This document shows, piece after piece, positions 62,960-64,000 of a DNA stretch of 64,000 nucleotides (its first letter is position 1; the number at the start of each line of letters is the position of its first letter). The DNA lies in the NCBI GenBank assembly GCA_963770975.1, contig CAVYRM010000002.1:94183-158182 (forward strand), written 5' to 3'. The position numbers and the translations under genes are program-made. The notes under the pieces were generated by a model that had not been told where the DNA came from, made no database searches, and saw only the letters and a program-made list of their open reading frames with translations. This DNA comes from an uncultured delta proteobacterium. GTDB taxonomy: Bacteria; Desulfobacterota; Deferrimicrobia; Deferrimicrobiales; Deferrimicrobiaceae.

Positions 62960-63860
62960 CGTCCCGCCTTTCCCGGTCCGGACACCCAATCGCGGAAGTC
63001 GGGGCCGATGACGCCCCGCTTCCGGTATCTTTCCATCGATGCGGCGCAGGGGCAACACCTTTCCTCGTCCGCGAGGTCCCGCGCCGCCGCAAGCGCGATC
63101 CCCGGGATCGCGTTTTTCGCCGCCTCCACCGCGGCGGCCTCGCCGGGCGGCAGCATCCCCTCGAAGAGGGCCCCTCGCCGGTACGGCAGCTTCCGCACGC
63201 CTTCCGCGTAATTGGTCACGTAGGCCGCCGGCGCGTAGCAGATCTCCAGCTCCCTCGCGAGGAACGCCTCCGGACATAGCGTCATTCCGACGAGGTCCGC
63301 CCCCGCCTTCGCCAGGAACCGGATCTCCGCGGGGGTCTCCAGGCGCGGCCCTTCCGTGCAGGCGTACGTTCCGCCGTGGTGCACGCGCCTTCCTCCTCCG
63401 ACCCGCTTCGAAGCCTTTCTCAGGGCATCCCGCAGCGTTTCGCAGAATACGGGGAACTGCCGGATGAAACCGATCCCCTTCCCCTCGTAGAAGGTCGAGG
63501 GGCGGCCCCGCGTGAAATCGAGAAGGTCGTCCGGAAGAACGAGGTCGCCCGGGCGGTATCTTCGCGAGATCGCGCCGGGCCCCGTCCATGCGATGATCCG
63601 TGATACGCCGAGGAGCTTCGCGGCGTATACGTTCGCACGGTAGTTCACGTACGGCGCGGTCTTCTCGTAACCGTCCTCGCCGTGTCGTGAAAGGAAGAGG
63701 AACCGGAAACCGTCCTTCTCGCAGAGGTGGACGGGATTCGAAAGACCGTACGGAGTGCGGACGCGGCGGGAGGAAAGCCGCTTCCCGAGCGTCCCGGGCG
63801 GCAGGGCGTAGGCCCCGGATCCTCCGAGGAGGAGGATCCGGGGACCGTCTTCCCTTGCCG
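62956..63860 (-). CDS. mtnP: MTA/purine nucleoside phosphorylase (start codon uncertain)
   Basis: LGGSG, TPYG, SRHG, NYRAN, EGPRLET.AE, VGMT..PEA. Confidence 0.85.
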
Positions 63861-63866
63861 TCCCGC

Positions 63867-64000
63867 TCAGAAGGCGACCCGGACGCCGAGGTTGCCCGTC
63901 CAACCGCCCATGTTCACGTCGAAATCGGTCCCCGCGTTGGACCGGAAGGTCGGCGTGACGAAATGGTATTTCCCCTCGAAGTTGAGCGCCACGCGCTGGT
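63867..64000 (-). CDS. C-terminus of an outer-membrane beta-barrel protein (partial)
   Basis: ..ALNFEGKYHFV..GWTGNLGVRVAF*: amphipathic strands ending in Phe. Confidence 0.6.
   Translation of the reverse strand, partial: QRVALNFEGKYHFVTPTFRSNAGTDFDVNMGGWTGNLGVRVAF

Overview
GC-rich bacterial chromosome window; gene style suggests a Desulfobacterota/MBNT15-like deltaproteobacterium (inference only). Left to right: (1) end of a flagellar operon (flhF partial, flhG, fliA). (2) A ~19.5 kb minus-strand glycan island: SDR epimerase, HddC/HddA-like, HAD-IIA, UxaA-like dehydratase, PfpI, TPP E1 alpha/beta, two B12 radical SAMs, cupin, Fcl, DegT aminotransferase and a giant multi-domain glycosyltransferase. 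(3) A DUF350 gene plus an exported membrane protein carrying two tandem Hint (intein-like) domains ahead of two Tim44-like domains, with a palindromic MITE-like element between the two genes. (4) amt and a DUF4139-like gene. (5) A kaiB without kaiC, followed by two histidine kinases and a receiver. (6) A selenocysteine formate dehydrogenase operon with an NrfD anchor and fdhE. (7) ECF sigma, PTS IIA and a WG-repeat protein. (8) tRNA-Asp, a sigma28-type GAF-MCP and tRNA-Val. (9) Housekeeping genes: lon, clpX, clpP, tig, tRNA-Leu, PilZ, HD-GYP, gpmI, eno, usp, hup, rhomboid, tonB, gcvH-like, folD, groEL/groES with CIRCE, two DUF507-like genes and mtnP. Many single-base frameshifts, including several in eno, suggest uncorrected long-read errors. 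The best novelty candidate is the tandem-Hint/Tim44 protein. All calls come from motif reading; no database searches were run.
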